In this document: piece after piece, positions 1 through 9,262 of the stretch
How positions within the stretch are numbered: the first letter of the stretch is position 1
Layout of the letters: each line of letters opens with the position of its first letter
DNA from: an uncultured delta proteobacterium
GTDB taxonomy: Bacteria > Desulfobacterota > Desulfobacteria > Desulfobacterales > B30-G6
NCBI GenBank assembly: GCA_963823335.1
Contig: CAWGLD010000007.1
Coordinates: 256,001 to 320,000, forward strand
Direction: 5' to 3'
DNA length: 64,000 nt
Position numbers and translations under genes: made by a program
Notes under the pieces: model-generated
Told to the model about the DNA's origin: nothing
The model's input: the letters and a program-made list of their open reading frames with translations, nothing else
Databases searched by the model: none

Positions 1-918
1 CAGTGCCGATGGCGCCAGCGGGACCGACGATTGCCGGGCCAGCATATCAGCATAATTGATCAGTTTTTTTCCGAACACAATATAGAAATTGTAATTGTAA
101 GGACCGGGAGCCGATGAATCCGTGGGGTCTTCCAGCCAGCCAGCCAGTTCCTGGATCGGTTCTATAAATACTTCCCCGAGACGATCAAGAACCTGTGCCG
201 CTTCCTGTGGATATATACCGGCGCCCATGGCGGACATGGCCTGCTGCAAAGCATCGGTTATCGCCGATTCCCTGGCGAATGGTTCTAGATTGAATTTCAA
301 ATCATAAAGATCATAGGAAGGATCCTCTTGAATCCGCTGTTGCCGGTATTGGATTTCGTCATGAAACAACCGCACATCCCTGATAAGTACTTTGTACAGA
401 TTCAAGGTGTTTTCCATTTCCAGAAAGGTTTTCCTGTTCCTTTCATCTTCAAAATTTAAATACTGACTATCCACCACGGCAGGCTCGACAGTATCCTCCA
501 GGATATCCTGATAGTGTGACTGGTGGTATTCATCCCAGCGATTTTTTTCTGCCAGCAATGCGCGATAAATCTGCTGGTTTAAAAAAGATTCGTTTTCCAG
601 GCGCTCCAGGAGATCCTGGGAATGGTTGACTCCTGATTGCCGGGGCTGCCTGGCGGCTTCATTCAACATTGAAAATTGAATGATCCGGCCAACCAGATCT
701 TTTTTCAGACGCTGGTTCTGTTTTAACAAGCCCTTGATCTCTTCTGTAAGCTCGTCCTTCTCGGTTTTAAGGGTTGTATTGGCTGTCAGCAGATCAGATA
801 GAATATAGGACCGTAGCATGACCAGCAGGTCTCCTTTGACCACAGAATAAATAACGATTGTGAGTACAATCAGGACCAAAAAAGACCAAGAAGCAACTGT
901 TCTAGACAGGCTTGCCAT
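1..918 (-). CDS. Hypothetical protein with N-terminal hydrophobic segment and coiled-coil region; runs off the left edge
   Basis: Manual translation from ATG at 918 (AGGGGG upstream): MASLSRTVASWSFLVLIVLTIVIYSVVKGDLLVML...LKTEKDELTEEIKGLLKQNQRLKK..., open for 306 codons to position 1. Absent from the ORF track because its stop is outside the window. Confidence 0.75.
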   Translation of the reverse strand, partial: MASLSRTVASWSFLVLIVLTIVIYSVVKGDLLVMLRSYILSDLLTANTTLKTEKDELTEEIKGLLKQNQRLKKDLVGRIIQFSMLNEAARQPRQSGVNHSQDLLERLENESFLNQQIYRALLAEKNRWDEYHQSHYQDILEDTVEPAVVDSQYLNFEDERNRKTFLEMENTLNLYKVLIRDVRLFHDEIQYRQQRIQEDPSYDLYDLKFNLEPFARESAITDALQQAMSAMGAGIYPQEAAQVLDRLGEVFIEPIQELAGWLEDPTDSSAPGPYNYNFYIVFGKKLINYADMLARQSSVPLAPSAL

Positions 919-1121
919 GATGAGCCCCCTGGTGAAACTGGATGTTGAGTTTTGTAATTGAATTATAACCTGCCAGTCCATATAGGGTCAAGCGTCATGA
1001 TCCATCTTGCCCAAATTCATGGACATGGCTATCCCGATGTGTTATGAAAATCCTCCGGCTCAAAGCCGTTGCAGTGTTAACGGGTGCACCATACATCATC
1101 TACTTCAGGAGACTTATTGGC

Positions 1122-1952
1122 ATGACAAGATGGTTAGGTATCTGGGCTTTGTCGATCCTTCTTTTCTGGGACATCTCCACTGGCTGGGCCCTCAGTTTGA
1201 ACCTTCCGGAAACTGCCTACCAGGGGGATATGGTCGTGGGCAGGTCTGACCCGGCAGCCGAAGTCTGGTTCAATAAAGAGCGTCAGGCAGTGGGTCCACA
1301 AGGTTATTTTGTCCTGCCGGTCCCGCGCGGCCAGAAAACAGATTTTCGGGTAACCGTAAAACATGAGACCGAAACTTTGTCGCGCATCATCCGCATACTG
1401 GCCTACCCCTGGCGTACTCAAAAGATCGAGGGCCTGCCTCAAAAGTATGTCAGCCCCCCTCCCGAACAGCAGAAAAGAGTCGTATCGGACAACCGCAAGG
1501 TCCAAAACGTACGAAGCGACCATCCTTACCCCGTCCCATTCTTCATCCGCAAAGGGTTTATCAGACCCGTCAACGGAAGCGTGACCAGCCCCTTTGGCCT
1601 GAAAAGAGTTTTGAACGGCAAACCCAAGAACTTCCATTCAGGCCTCGACATTGCAGCACCTCTTGGCCACCCTGTGCGTTGCCCGGCTGACGGAATTGTC
1701 AGACTGGTCGATTTGGACATGTTTTTAATGGGAAAAGCCCTGATAATCGATCACGGCCTGGGCGTCACTTCCATTTTTATTCACCTGGATTCCATAACGG
1801 TTAACACCGGAGAATTGGTCAGGCAAGGGGAACTCATTGCACGCGTGGGAAAGACAGGCCGGGCAACAGGTCCCCATCTCCATTGGGGTGTCAGTGCCAG
1901 CCGGACACCCCTGGACCCCCTGCGGCTGATTGACCGTCAATTCCTTTACTGA
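1122..1952 (+). CDS. M23 family metallopeptidase (peptidoglycan endopeptidase)
   Basis: HxxxD (FHSGLDI) and HxH (GPHLHWG) motifs, signal-peptide-like N-terminus. ATG at 1122 has an AGGAGA RBS; the track extends the ORF to 1044. Confidence 0.9.
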   Translation: MTRWLGIWALSILLFWDISTGWALSLNLPETAYQGDMVVGRSDPAAEVWFNKERQAVGPQGYFVLPVPRGQKTDFRVTVKHETETLSRIIRILAYPWRTQKIEGLPQKYVSPPPEQQKRVVSDNRKVQNVRSDHPYPVPFFIRKGFIRPVNGSVTSPFGLKRVLNGKPKNFHSGLDIAAPLGHPVRCPADGIVRLVDLDMFLMGKALIIDHGLGVTSIFIHLDSITVNTGELVRQGELIARVGKTGRATGPHLHWGVSASRTPLDPLRLIDRQFLY

Positions 1953-2041
1953 GTTCCAACCTGCGGAGCGAGTGGCTCAAGAATCTCCCTCCAAGAAAAA
2001 CTAGCTTCCCACAGAATAACATTGCATGGTATATAACCATC

Positions 2042-2356
2042 ATGCCTGTATACGAATATGAACATATAGAACATTCCTGTACCATGGGTCGGATATTTGA
2101 AGTCACCCAGCGTCTGGAAGAGCGCCCCCTCAGCAATTGCCCTCGATGCGGCCGGCCCATAAAAAAACTGATCTCGCTTGTGGGCGTCAGTACGCCCAAG
2201 ACCAACAGCGAACTCAGGGATCTGGGGTTTACAAAACTGGTCAAGCGAGATGACGGTATCTATGAAAACGTTACCGCCAGAAATGGGGATAGCCGCTATA
2301 TGGAGCGGGGAAAGCCGGAAACAGTGCCGAATGTTGCCAATGTTAAAACCGATTAG
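2042..2356 (+). CDS. FmdB-family zinc-ribbon protein
   Basis: MPVYEYE...C..G..FE...CPRCG...KKLIS pattern. Confidence 0.85.
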   Translation: MPVYEYEHIEHSCTMGRIFEVTQRLEERPLSNCPRCGRPIKKLISLVGVSTPKTNSELRDLGFTKLVKRDDGIYENVTARNGDSRYMERGKPETVPNVANVKTD

Positions 2357-2400
2357 TCTCTTAACTGAAATATTTGTGTCCGTTGTGCCCAAAAAAAGCA

Positions 2401-2480
2401 ATCACGAAAACACGAAATCTGAAAAACACGTAATTTTTAATAACCTTTTTCGTGGTTTCGACCTTTCGTGATTTCGTGAT
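2401..2480. repeat. Imperfect ~34-bp inverted repeat built from CACGAAA/TTTCGTG units
   Basis: atcacgaaaacacgaaatctgaaaaacacg ... ttttcgtggtttcgacctttcgtgatttcgtgat. Confidence 0.8.
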
Positions 2481-2484
2481 AAAT

Positions 2485-2533
2485 GCAATAAGCGGTTGAC
2501 TGCTTAAAGCTTACCGCTTATGGCTTACAGCTT
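2485..2533. repeat. Heptamer microrepeat (NNGCTTA) with short inverted arm
   Basis: gcaataagcggt ... ctgctta aagctta ccgctta tggctta cagctt. Confidence 0.8.
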
Positions 2534-2550
2534 GTCAAGGAGACCCCACC

Positions 2551-3342
2551 ATGGCGGATTTGATGCGCCAGGTCGAAGAAGTTGCCAGCCTCATCACAGA
2601 TGCAGAACGCGTGCTAGTGTTCACCGGTGCCGGTGTCAGCACGGAATCCGGGATTCCCGATTTCAGGGGAACAGATGGTATCTGGCAGAAATACGACCCC
2701 GAAGATTTTACCATTCAGAAATTCCTGTCCGATAAGCAGGTCAGAAAGACCCAGTGGCAACTGCTCTCCAACGGCGACCTTGCCATGTCAAAGGTTCAGC
2801 CCAATCCAACCCATTACGCCATCACCGAACTGGAAAACATGGGAAAACTCTATGGGGTCGTCACCCAGAATGTGGACGGCCTCCATCAAAAAGCCGGTGT
2901 ATCCCAGGAAAAGGTATTTCAACTTCACGGCGACCTGAGTCACGCCGTCTGTCTGGGATGTGGACGCCGGTATCCCATGGACATGGTTGCCGAATGGTTA
3001 AACCAGGGCATGGAAGACCCCGCATGCCATTTATGCATGGGCATGCTGAAGCCGGATGCCGTTCTGTTTGGTGAACAGCTGCCAATCAAAGTTCTTCTGG
3101 AATCTGAACGCCGCTCCAGGAAATGCGACGTCTGCATGGTGCTGGGGTCAACCCTGTCGGTATACCCGGCCTGTCTCATCCCTCAATATGCTGCCCAGGC
3201 AGGTGCCACCCTGGTAATCATCAACATGGGCCCCACCGAACTGGACCATCTGGCACATATCCGAATCGAGGGTAAAACCGGTGATGTCACCACGGAGATC
3301 GTCCGTCTTGTCAAGGCAAACTTGGGGGGCAAACATGATTGA
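2551..3342 (+). CDS. cobB: NAD-dependent protein deacylase (Sir2/sirtuin family)
   Basis: GAGVSTESGIPDFRG, TQNVDGLH, HG, two CxxC zinc pairs; AAGGAG RBS. Confidence 0.93.
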   Translation: MADLMRQVEEVASLITDAERVLVFTGAGVSTESGIPDFRGTDGIWQKYDPEDFTIQKFLSDKQVRKTQWQLLSNGDLAMSKVQPNPTHYAITELENMGKLYGVVTQNVDGLHQKAGVSQEKVFQLHGDLSHAVCLGCGRRYPMDMVAEWLNQGMEDPACHLCMGMLKPDAVLFGEQLPIKVLLESERRSRKCDVCMVLGSTLSVYPACLIPQYAAQAGATLVIINMGPTELDHLAHIRIEGKTGDVTTEIVRLVKANLGGKHD

Positions 3343-3664
3343 ACGCAGAAAGCATCCACGTACAAAAATCCACTGTCGTGTCTTTTTCGAATGTAGCGAT
3401 GCGCATGGCCAAGAGGTCTCACAGGACATGGGCGTGGCCCTCGACATCAGCGAAAAGGGCATGCTCCTCGAAACCAGCGTCCCCATTCACGCCTCCACCA
3501 TCAAGGTGATGCTGCCGGTCAAAGAAAAAGATGTCATGGAAGTCATGGGAAATATCATATATTCCATACCCATGCCTGACAACCGCTACCACAACGGTAT
3601 CATATTCCATGAGGCAGTAGATGACCTGGCCGGGTTGGTTGAAACACTTAGCCGTAGGCAGTAA
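3335..3664 (+). CDS. Stand-alone PilZ-domain protein (c-di-GMP receptor)
   Basis: RxxxR (ERRKHPR) and DxSxxG (DISEKG) motifs; ATG at 3335 overlaps the sirtuin stop. Confidence 0.85.
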   Translation: MIERRKHPRTKIHCRVFFECSDAHGQEVSQDMGVALDISEKGMLLETSVPIHASTIKVMLPVKEKDVMEVMGNIIYSIPMPDNRYHNGIIFHEAVDDLAGLVETLSRRQ

Positions 3665-3706
3665 GCCGTAAACCGCTTAGCGCTTACGGCTTATTGCTTA
3701 CCGCTT
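3648..3706. repeat. Inverted heptamer microrepeat (TAAGCNN/NNGCTTA) at convergent gene ends
   Basis: ttagccgtaggcagtaagccgtaaaccgcttagcgcttacggcttattgcttaccgctt; contains both convergent stop codons. Confidence 0.8.
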
Positions 3707-6107
3707 TATTCGCCAATACCATGAGAGCGGGCGCTATAAAATAGTCCGAAAGAAGAGCCAGGACGATGGTGAGCCCTGTGAGAAATCCAAAATTGAAAAT
3801 ATTTTTCATGTCGGCAAACATAAATATGAAAAACCCAATGGACAGAACGACCGTCGTCACCAGCATGGCTCTACCGGTGGTGTGAAGTGTTTCCTGAACA
3901 GCCCAGACAGGGTCCCCTTTCTCTTCGTAGTATCGCCTGAAATTGTGCATGAAGTGGATGGTATCGTCCACGGCCAGTCCGATGGCAATGCTCCCCACCA
4001 TCATCGTGAAAGCATCCATGGGGAATGAGAGTGCTCCCATAACACCCAGCATGACAAGAATCGGTGTGATGTTGGGGATCATGCTCAGAAGACCGATGCG
4101 GAGGCCTCCGATCAGCAGTATCATCAGCAGGGTAATGATGACAAATGCGATGACATAGCTCATGGCCATGCTGACCATAACATTCGAGAGCGTTCTGAAC
4201 AGCAGTGGCATCATACCGGTAATCTGAAGCGTAACATCCTGAAAAACTTCATCAAAATAGCTGCCGACGTCCATCATGAGCTGCTGGTATTTAAGGGCGT
4301 CTGTAAAAGGTGCTTTGACCGTAAATCTGGCTATGGAAAACTGGCTGTCCACCATATCTTCGAGATCATCTGACCCGCTGTTTTCAAATAGAAGATATTC
4401 CTGGGCGATAACGTCACGGTTCTGCGGTATACGGTAATAGGCAGCCTGATTTTCATTCAAGGCCTGGTTGATCTCTTTCAGGATTGCCGTCAAAGACCAG
4501 GCCTTTCCGGCAAACACTTCCCCATAATCAAGAGTTTCAATATGTGTTGCCGCCTTTTCCAAGCGGTTGAGAATCAGGGGGTCATACAGACCGTTTTCCT
4601 TCCCGGTATCGATGATGATCTCCAGGTTGACAGTTCCCCGCATTTTCCGGTCAATCTGTTCTGTTGCCACTCTGACGATATTGTTCTCCGGGAACCAGCG
4701 CAACACGTCGTGTCCGAATCGTATCCTGAATATCATGGGAATCGACACCGCCAGGACCAGGCACGCAATCACCAGGATCAAAACCGGTCTCTGGGTTGAA
4801 AAACGAGCCACCCACTGTAGACTTCGGTCCATGATTGCCGGTTCGCTCCCGCCGGCGAGGGGGCGGCGTTGTTTCAAGGGCAGGGCCGCCAGCAGTGCCG
4901 GCAGCAACACCAGTGTGTAGACAAGGGCGATCACGACTCCGAAACTGGCGTACAGCCCGATGTCCGCAATAGGAGCAATTTGGGAAGTGGAAAAGGAGAG
5001 CAGGCCTGCGGCGGTGGTAATGTGGGTCATAATGCACGCCAGCCCTGAGTGACCAAGGGCATAGGCAATGGAAGTTTCTTTGTCTCCCGTTGCCTGAAAA
5101 CGGTGAAAAAAGATAGCCAGGATGTGTACTGAGGCCCCCACACAAACAGCCAGCAGAAACGATGGCAGAATCTGGGTCGGAAGCTTGATGGGTGTTCCAA
5201 GAAACGCCATCAGACCGAGGGTTGAGATGAGAGAACAGACCACAACCATCAACGGCAGGACAACACCCGATATCCGGCGAAACATGACAAACAGAAAAAC
5301 AGCAATGGTCATCACCGCCAGCATCACGAATTTCCGCATATCCCGCATCATGGAGGCTTTGAGACTGTGGGTGACGGCGGGTGACCCGGCTAGATACATC
5401 CTGGTGTCATCCCGGGCATGTTTTTCCATAACAGACTGAATGGCCATGATGACGGCGCTGTTTTCTTCATTGCTCAGATAGGCACTGGTGACGGACTGCG
5501 GGTCTGTACTCCCCATATCATCATCACCCGCTTCAAATCCTGCCAGCACATCTGTTTCTTTGCCAATACTCGAATAGTTCTGGGTCTTGATGACCATGGC
5601 AGTGGTGCCGCCGTCTTCAGAAATGAGAAGATTTTTGTACATGGGGTTGCTGACAACACGTTGTTTGAGCGACGCCATGGCAGTATCGTCGGTTGGAAAT
5701 GTCTCCAGCAGATCCTCGACAATGAGTTCGTCATCGTTACCCCGGGTATTGCGGGCATTGATCATGCTGGTAACATCTTCGAGATAGGGGACGTTTTCCT
5801 CGATATCCTCGTGCAGGGTTTTCAACCATGTGAAGAAATCCGTGTTGAATACCTGCGGTGGTTCAATGGCGATGATGACCACTTCGTCACGACCGAACTG
5901 ATCACGGAAAGCATTGTACGTCAGAATAGAGGGGTCCTTTTTATGAAGAAATCCCTCCGTTGAAAAATCGAGGGTAATCTTGGGAACCTGCGATGCAAAG
6001 GCAACCACGATCACCATCACACAAAATATCGACAGGAGTCGATGCCTGAAAGTCGTGTGGGCCAGTTTTTCTAAACTGTTTTCCAGTCGATTTCTGATAC
6101 CTGCCAT
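3684..6107 (-). CDS. MMPL/RND-superfamily transporter
   Basis: 807 aa, duplicated TM bundles with large periplasmic loops, IAIGLAVDDTIH motif. Confidence 0.9.
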   Translation of the reverse strand: MAGIRNRLENSLEKLAHTTFRHRLLSIFCVMVIVVAFASQVPKITLDFSTEGFLHKKDPSILTYNAFRDQFGRDEVVIIAIEPPQVFNTDFFTWLKTLHEDIEENVPYLEDVTSMINARNTRGNDDELIVEDLLETFPTDDTAMASLKQRVVSNPMYKNLLISEDGGTTAMVIKTQNYSSIGKETDVLAGFEAGDDDMGSTDPQSVTSAYLSNEENSAVIMAIQSVMEKHARDDTRMYLAGSPAVTHSLKASMMRDMRKFVMLAVMTIAVFLFVMFRRISGVVLPLMVVVCSLISTLGLMAFLGTPIKLPTQILPSFLLAVCVGASVHILAIFFHRFQATGDKETSIAYALGHSGLACIMTHITTAAGLLSFSTSQIAPIADIGLYASFGVVIALVYTLVLLPALLAALPLKQRRPLAGGSEPAIMDRSLQWVARFSTQRPVLILVIACLVLAVSIPMIFRIRFGHDVLRWFPENNIVRVATEQIDRKMRGTVNLEIIIDTGKENGLYDPLILNRLEKAATHIETLDYGEVFAGKAWSLTAILKEINQALNENQAAYYRIPQNRDVIAQEYLLFENSGSDDLEDMVDSQFSIARFTVKAPFTDALKYQQLMMDVGSYFDEVFQDVTLQITGMMPLLFRTLSNVMVSMAMSYVIAFVIITLLMILLIGGLRIGLLSMIPNITPILVMLGVMGALSFPMDAFTMMVGSIAIGLAVDDTIHFMHNFRRYYEEKGDPVWAVQETLHTTGRAMLVTTVVLSIGFFIFMFADMKNIFNFGFLTGLTIVLALLSDYFIAPALMVLANKAVSNKP

Positions 6108-6190
6108 TTTCAGCTGTTCCCCCTGTTTTCGGCTGCTTTATCAAGGTGTTTCTTATCATAAAATATCGCTTATTCAAAGAAAAACAGCGG

Positions 6191-6249
6191 AGCAATAAGC
6201 AGTAAGCTCTATGCTTTAAGCCGCTTATAGCTTAAAGCTATGCCTATGC
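6191..6249. repeat. Inverted heptamer microrepeat (TAAGC/GCTTA)
   Basis: agcaataagcagtaagctctatgctttaagccgcttatagcttaaagctatgcctatgc. Confidence 0.75.
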
Positions 6250-6302
6250 GTGATCTAAAATTGCAGGCTATCTACAAGACTGGTTCCTGCTTTTCATATG
6301 AC

Positions 6303-6354
6303 AAAAAAATACCCGGCAGAATTTCACCGGATCAGGTGGTGAATTTCTGCCGGG
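6303..6354 (-). terminator. Intrinsic terminator of serC
   Basis: Stem cccggcagaatttcacc/ggtgaatttctgccggg followed on the minus strand by a T run. Confidence 0.8.
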
Positions 6355-6372
6355 CCACGACTTGTGGGATCT

Positions 6373-7458
6373 TTATCCTTTTTTCCGCTCAAAGGCCTTC
6401 ATAAAATCACAGAGAGCCTGGACCGCCGCCAGGGGTGTTGGATTGTATATGGATGCCCGGCACCCACCCACCGAACGGTGCCCCTTCAGTCCGCCGAGCC
6501 GGTTTTCAAGGGCCTCTGCGACGAAGGTCTTTTCCAGATCTTCGTCTGGAAGACGAAAGGTCACGTTCATTGTGGAACGACTGTCCAGCGCTGTCGTCCC
6601 GCGGTAAAAATCACTTTCATCGATGGTCTTGTACAACAAGGCTGCCTTTTCCCGGTTGGTCTGGGCCATTTTTTCGAGTCCGCCAACTGTCTCTTCGATC
6701 CATTTCAGGACCAGCTGCACCGTATAAATTGCAAAACAGGGTGGGGTGTTGAACATGGAGTTCTTTGCTGCAAAGGTCGAATATCTCAAGATGGTGGGTA
6801 TGGATTCCGGTACCATTTTAAGAAAATCATCCCGTATAACCACGACGCAGACACCGGCGGGCCCCATATTTTTCTGGGCGCCGGCATAAAACATGCCGAA
6901 TTTACCGGCATCGAATGAACGGCTGAGGATGTCGGATGACATATCTGCGATCAGCGGCACACCGCCGGTATCCGGGAACTCCGCCCACTGGGTCCCCTTG
7001 ATGGTGTTGTTGGAAGTAATATGCGCGTACACGGCGTCCGGATTGAAAGAAATGTCCCTGGGTATATAGGAAAAGTTCTTGTCCTCTGAAGAGGCCACCA
7101 CACGGATGGGCTTGCCCTGAATCTCGGCCTCCTTGATGGCCTTGGTAGACCAGGTACCGGTATTGACATAATCGGCAGCCCCCCCCTGAGACAGAAAATT
7201 CATGGGCACCATGCAGAATTGCTGACTGGCGCCCCCTTGCAGAAAGAGCACATGAAAGGTTTCGTCCAGGTTCAAGAGACGCTTGATTCTCTCCACGGCA
7301 TCATTGATGACATCATCGAACCATTTTGACCGGTGACTCACCTCGGTAATGGACATACCCGACCCCTTGAAATCCAGAAAAGAGGCCTGTATTTCTTCCA
7401 GCACACTGATCGGTAACGCTGCAGGCCCTGCGTTGAAATTGTAAATCCTGTTTGTCAT
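6373..7458 (-). CDS. serC: Phosphoserine aminotransferase
   Basis: NFNAGPAALP, SHRS, GGAS.QF, AGAQKN.GP, GHRSVGG.RASIYN; start MTNRIY with GGAGG RBS. Confidence 0.97.
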   Translation of the reverse strand: MTNRIYNFNAGPAALPISVLEEIQASFLDFKGSGMSITEVSHRSKWFDDVINDAVERIKRLLNLDETFHVLFLQGGASQQFCMVPMNFLSQGGAADYVNTGTWSTKAIKEAEIQGKPIRVVASSEDKNFSYIPRDISFNPDAVYAHITSNNTIKGTQWAEFPDTGGVPLIADMSSDILSRSFDAGKFGMFYAGAQKNMGPAGVCVVVIRDDFLKMVPESIPTILRYSTFAAKNSMFNTPPCFAIYTVQLVLKWIEETVGGLEKMAQTNREKAALLYKTIDESDFYRGTTALDSRSTMNVTFRLPDEDLEKTFVAEALENRLGGLKGHRSVGGCRASIYNPTPLAAVQALCDFMKAFERKKG

Positions 7459-7584
7459 GCGTGTTTCCTCCGTTTTTTTGCACCGGCACAAGGCTTTAGT
7501 GTTTCTTAATAGACTGGCGCTTATTAGCACAGAATTGAATCCATATGTCAATACAATCATGTTACCAGATTGTTGTTTCCAACT

Positions 7585-7705
7585 CAATGCCGTTAACTTA
7601 CTGATGTAGCGCAGAGCTTCAGCTCTGCTTGCTCACGTCTTGGCAGGTCTAAAGACTTGCGCTACATTACTTGGAACCGGTTAGCACCTTAAGTTAACGA
7701 CATTG
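7585..7705. mobile_element. MITE-like element with 16-bp terminal inverted repeats enclosing an inverted GTAG-type REP doublet
   Basis: caatgccgttaactta / taagttaacgacattg (1 mismatch); inside, GTAG-c-gcagagc-ttca-gctctgc and, on the other strand, GTAG-c-gcaagtc-ttta-gacctgc. Confidence 0.65.
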
Positions 7706-7827
7706 GTTTTCCGCTTGATATATTGACAAACATGCCGGTTTCAACATAAAGATACCATCATAAATTTTCATGCGCCACCGCACCCAACGAAGCGTGAAAA
7801 AAAAGAGTGATAAAGGACATGACCGAC

Positions 7828-9129
7828 ATGAAAACCTACACCTACCCGTCCCCGGCAGCGGAAAAAAGACTAGCAGCAATCGAAAACAGGACCATCGGGT
7901 TCAAAAAAAAAGATATCAGCGCGGTCAACCGCATCATCGAAAATATCAGAAAAAACGGGGATGCCGCTCTGGTGGGTTACACCCATCAATTCGATTCCAC
8001 GGCTGTGACAACGTCCTCCATCCAGGTAAGCCCACAGGAAATAGAGGCTGCCCAAAAAAATATTGATGCATCCTTTTTAAAGGCCCTCAATCGCGCGACA
8101 AGACAGATCAAGGTCTTCCATAGTAAACAACTTCAAAAATCATGGATCAGCACGGACCGCGAGGGTGTTCTTCTGGGACAACTGATCAACCCCGTAGGTG
8201 CTGCGGGTATTTATGTGCCCGGTGGCAGGGAAGGCAAAACACCCCTTGTTTCGACGGTGTTGATGTGCGCCATCCCCGCGGTACTGGCAGGCGTGAGTAG
8301 AATATCCATGCTGACCCCGCCCATGAAAAATGGTGCCGTCAACCCGCACCTGCTGGTTGCCGCAAAAAAGGCCGGTGTAAAGGATATTTACAAGGCGGGC
8401 AGTGCTTGGGCCATTGCCGCTCTGGCCTATGGTACCGAAACAATACCCAGGGCCGACGTCATCGTCGGTCCCGGCAATATCTACGTAACCCTGGCAAAGA
8501 AACTGGTCTCGGGAGATGTGGGCATCGATATGCTGGCAGGTCCCAGCGAAATCCTGATCGTGGCCGATGACAGCGCAGTGCCGGCCTACATCGCCGCAGA
8601 CCTTTTGTCACAGGCAGAACACGATCCATTGTCATCTTCGATCCTGGTGACGACATCTTCAGATATCGCCAGGCACGTCACCATGGCGCTGGAAGAACAG
8701 TTGAAACCCCTGAAGAGGAAAAACATTGCTGTGGCAGCGCTCGAAAAATTCGGGGCCATCCTGGTAGTCCCGGACATCTCCGTGGCTATAAGTATTGCCA
8801 ACCGGGTTGCCCCTGAGCACCTCGAACTGCAAATCAGAGACCCGTTCAGCATCATCGGAAACATCCGTCATGCCGGGGCTGTTTTTGTTGGAAACCATAC
8901 ACCGGAACCCGTGGGCGACTATATTGCCGGGCCAAATCACGTACTCCCCACAGCCGGAACTGCACGTTATGCGTCAGCCCTTTCCGTCGACCATTTTGTC
9001 AAGAAGACCAGTCTCATCCACTACACCGAAGCGCCTTTTAAAAAAGAGGCCCGAGACATCATGCGTCTGGCGGAGGTGGAAGGACTCGATGCGCACGTCA
9101 ATTCGGTGGGAATTAGGCTAGTAGACTGA
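7828..9129 (+). CDS. hisD: Histidinol dehydrogenase
   Basis: GIYVPGG, GPGNIYV, IDMLAGPSE, LLSQAEHD, APEHL, GDYIAGPNHVLPT; start codon among 7807/7819/7828. Confidence 0.97.
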   Translation: MKTYTYPSPAAEKRLAAIENRTIGFKKKDISAVNRIIENIRKNGDAALVGYTHQFDSTAVTTSSIQVSPQEIEAAQKNIDASFLKALNRATRQIKVFHSKQLQKSWISTDREGVLLGQLINPVGAAGIYVPGGREGKTPLVSTVLMCAIPAVLAGVSRISMLTPPMKNGAVNPHLLVAAKKAGVKDIYKAGSAWAIAALAYGTETIPRADVIVGPGNIYVTLAKKLVSGDVGIDMLAGPSEILIVADDSAVPAYIAADLLSQAEHDPLSSSILVTTSSDIARHVTMALEEQLKPLKRKNIAVAALEKFGAILVVPDISVAISIANRVAPEHLELQIRDPFSIIGNIRHAGAVFVGNHTPEPVGDYIAGPNHVLPTAGTARYASALSVDHFVKKTSLIHYTEAPFKKEARDIMRLAEVEGLDAHVNSVGIRLVD

Positions 9130-9250
9130 TAGGCTGTAGACTATTAGGTTGCTAAATGCTATCGGCTGTGGGCTGTTAGACTGTAGGATAAAAGCCTGTG
9201 AAACTGTGCAACGCCTAACAGCCTAACAGTCTACAGCCTAAACAACCTAA
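9113..9250. repeat. Inverted 7/8-mer microrepeat (TAGRCTG / CAGYCTA) at convergent junction
   Basis: taggcta gtagactga taggctg tagacta ... gcctaaca gcctaaca gtctaca gcctaa. Confidence 0.8.
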
Positions 9251-9262
9251 GTCGCTGCAAAG

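Noticed and set aside
7459-7587. Long N-terminal extensions in the ORF track (serC, also purH C-half, carD, rnfD, ftsZ, coaX)
   Set aside because: Downstream ATGs match family N-termini and mostly have clear RBSs; the extensions are just open upstream frames.
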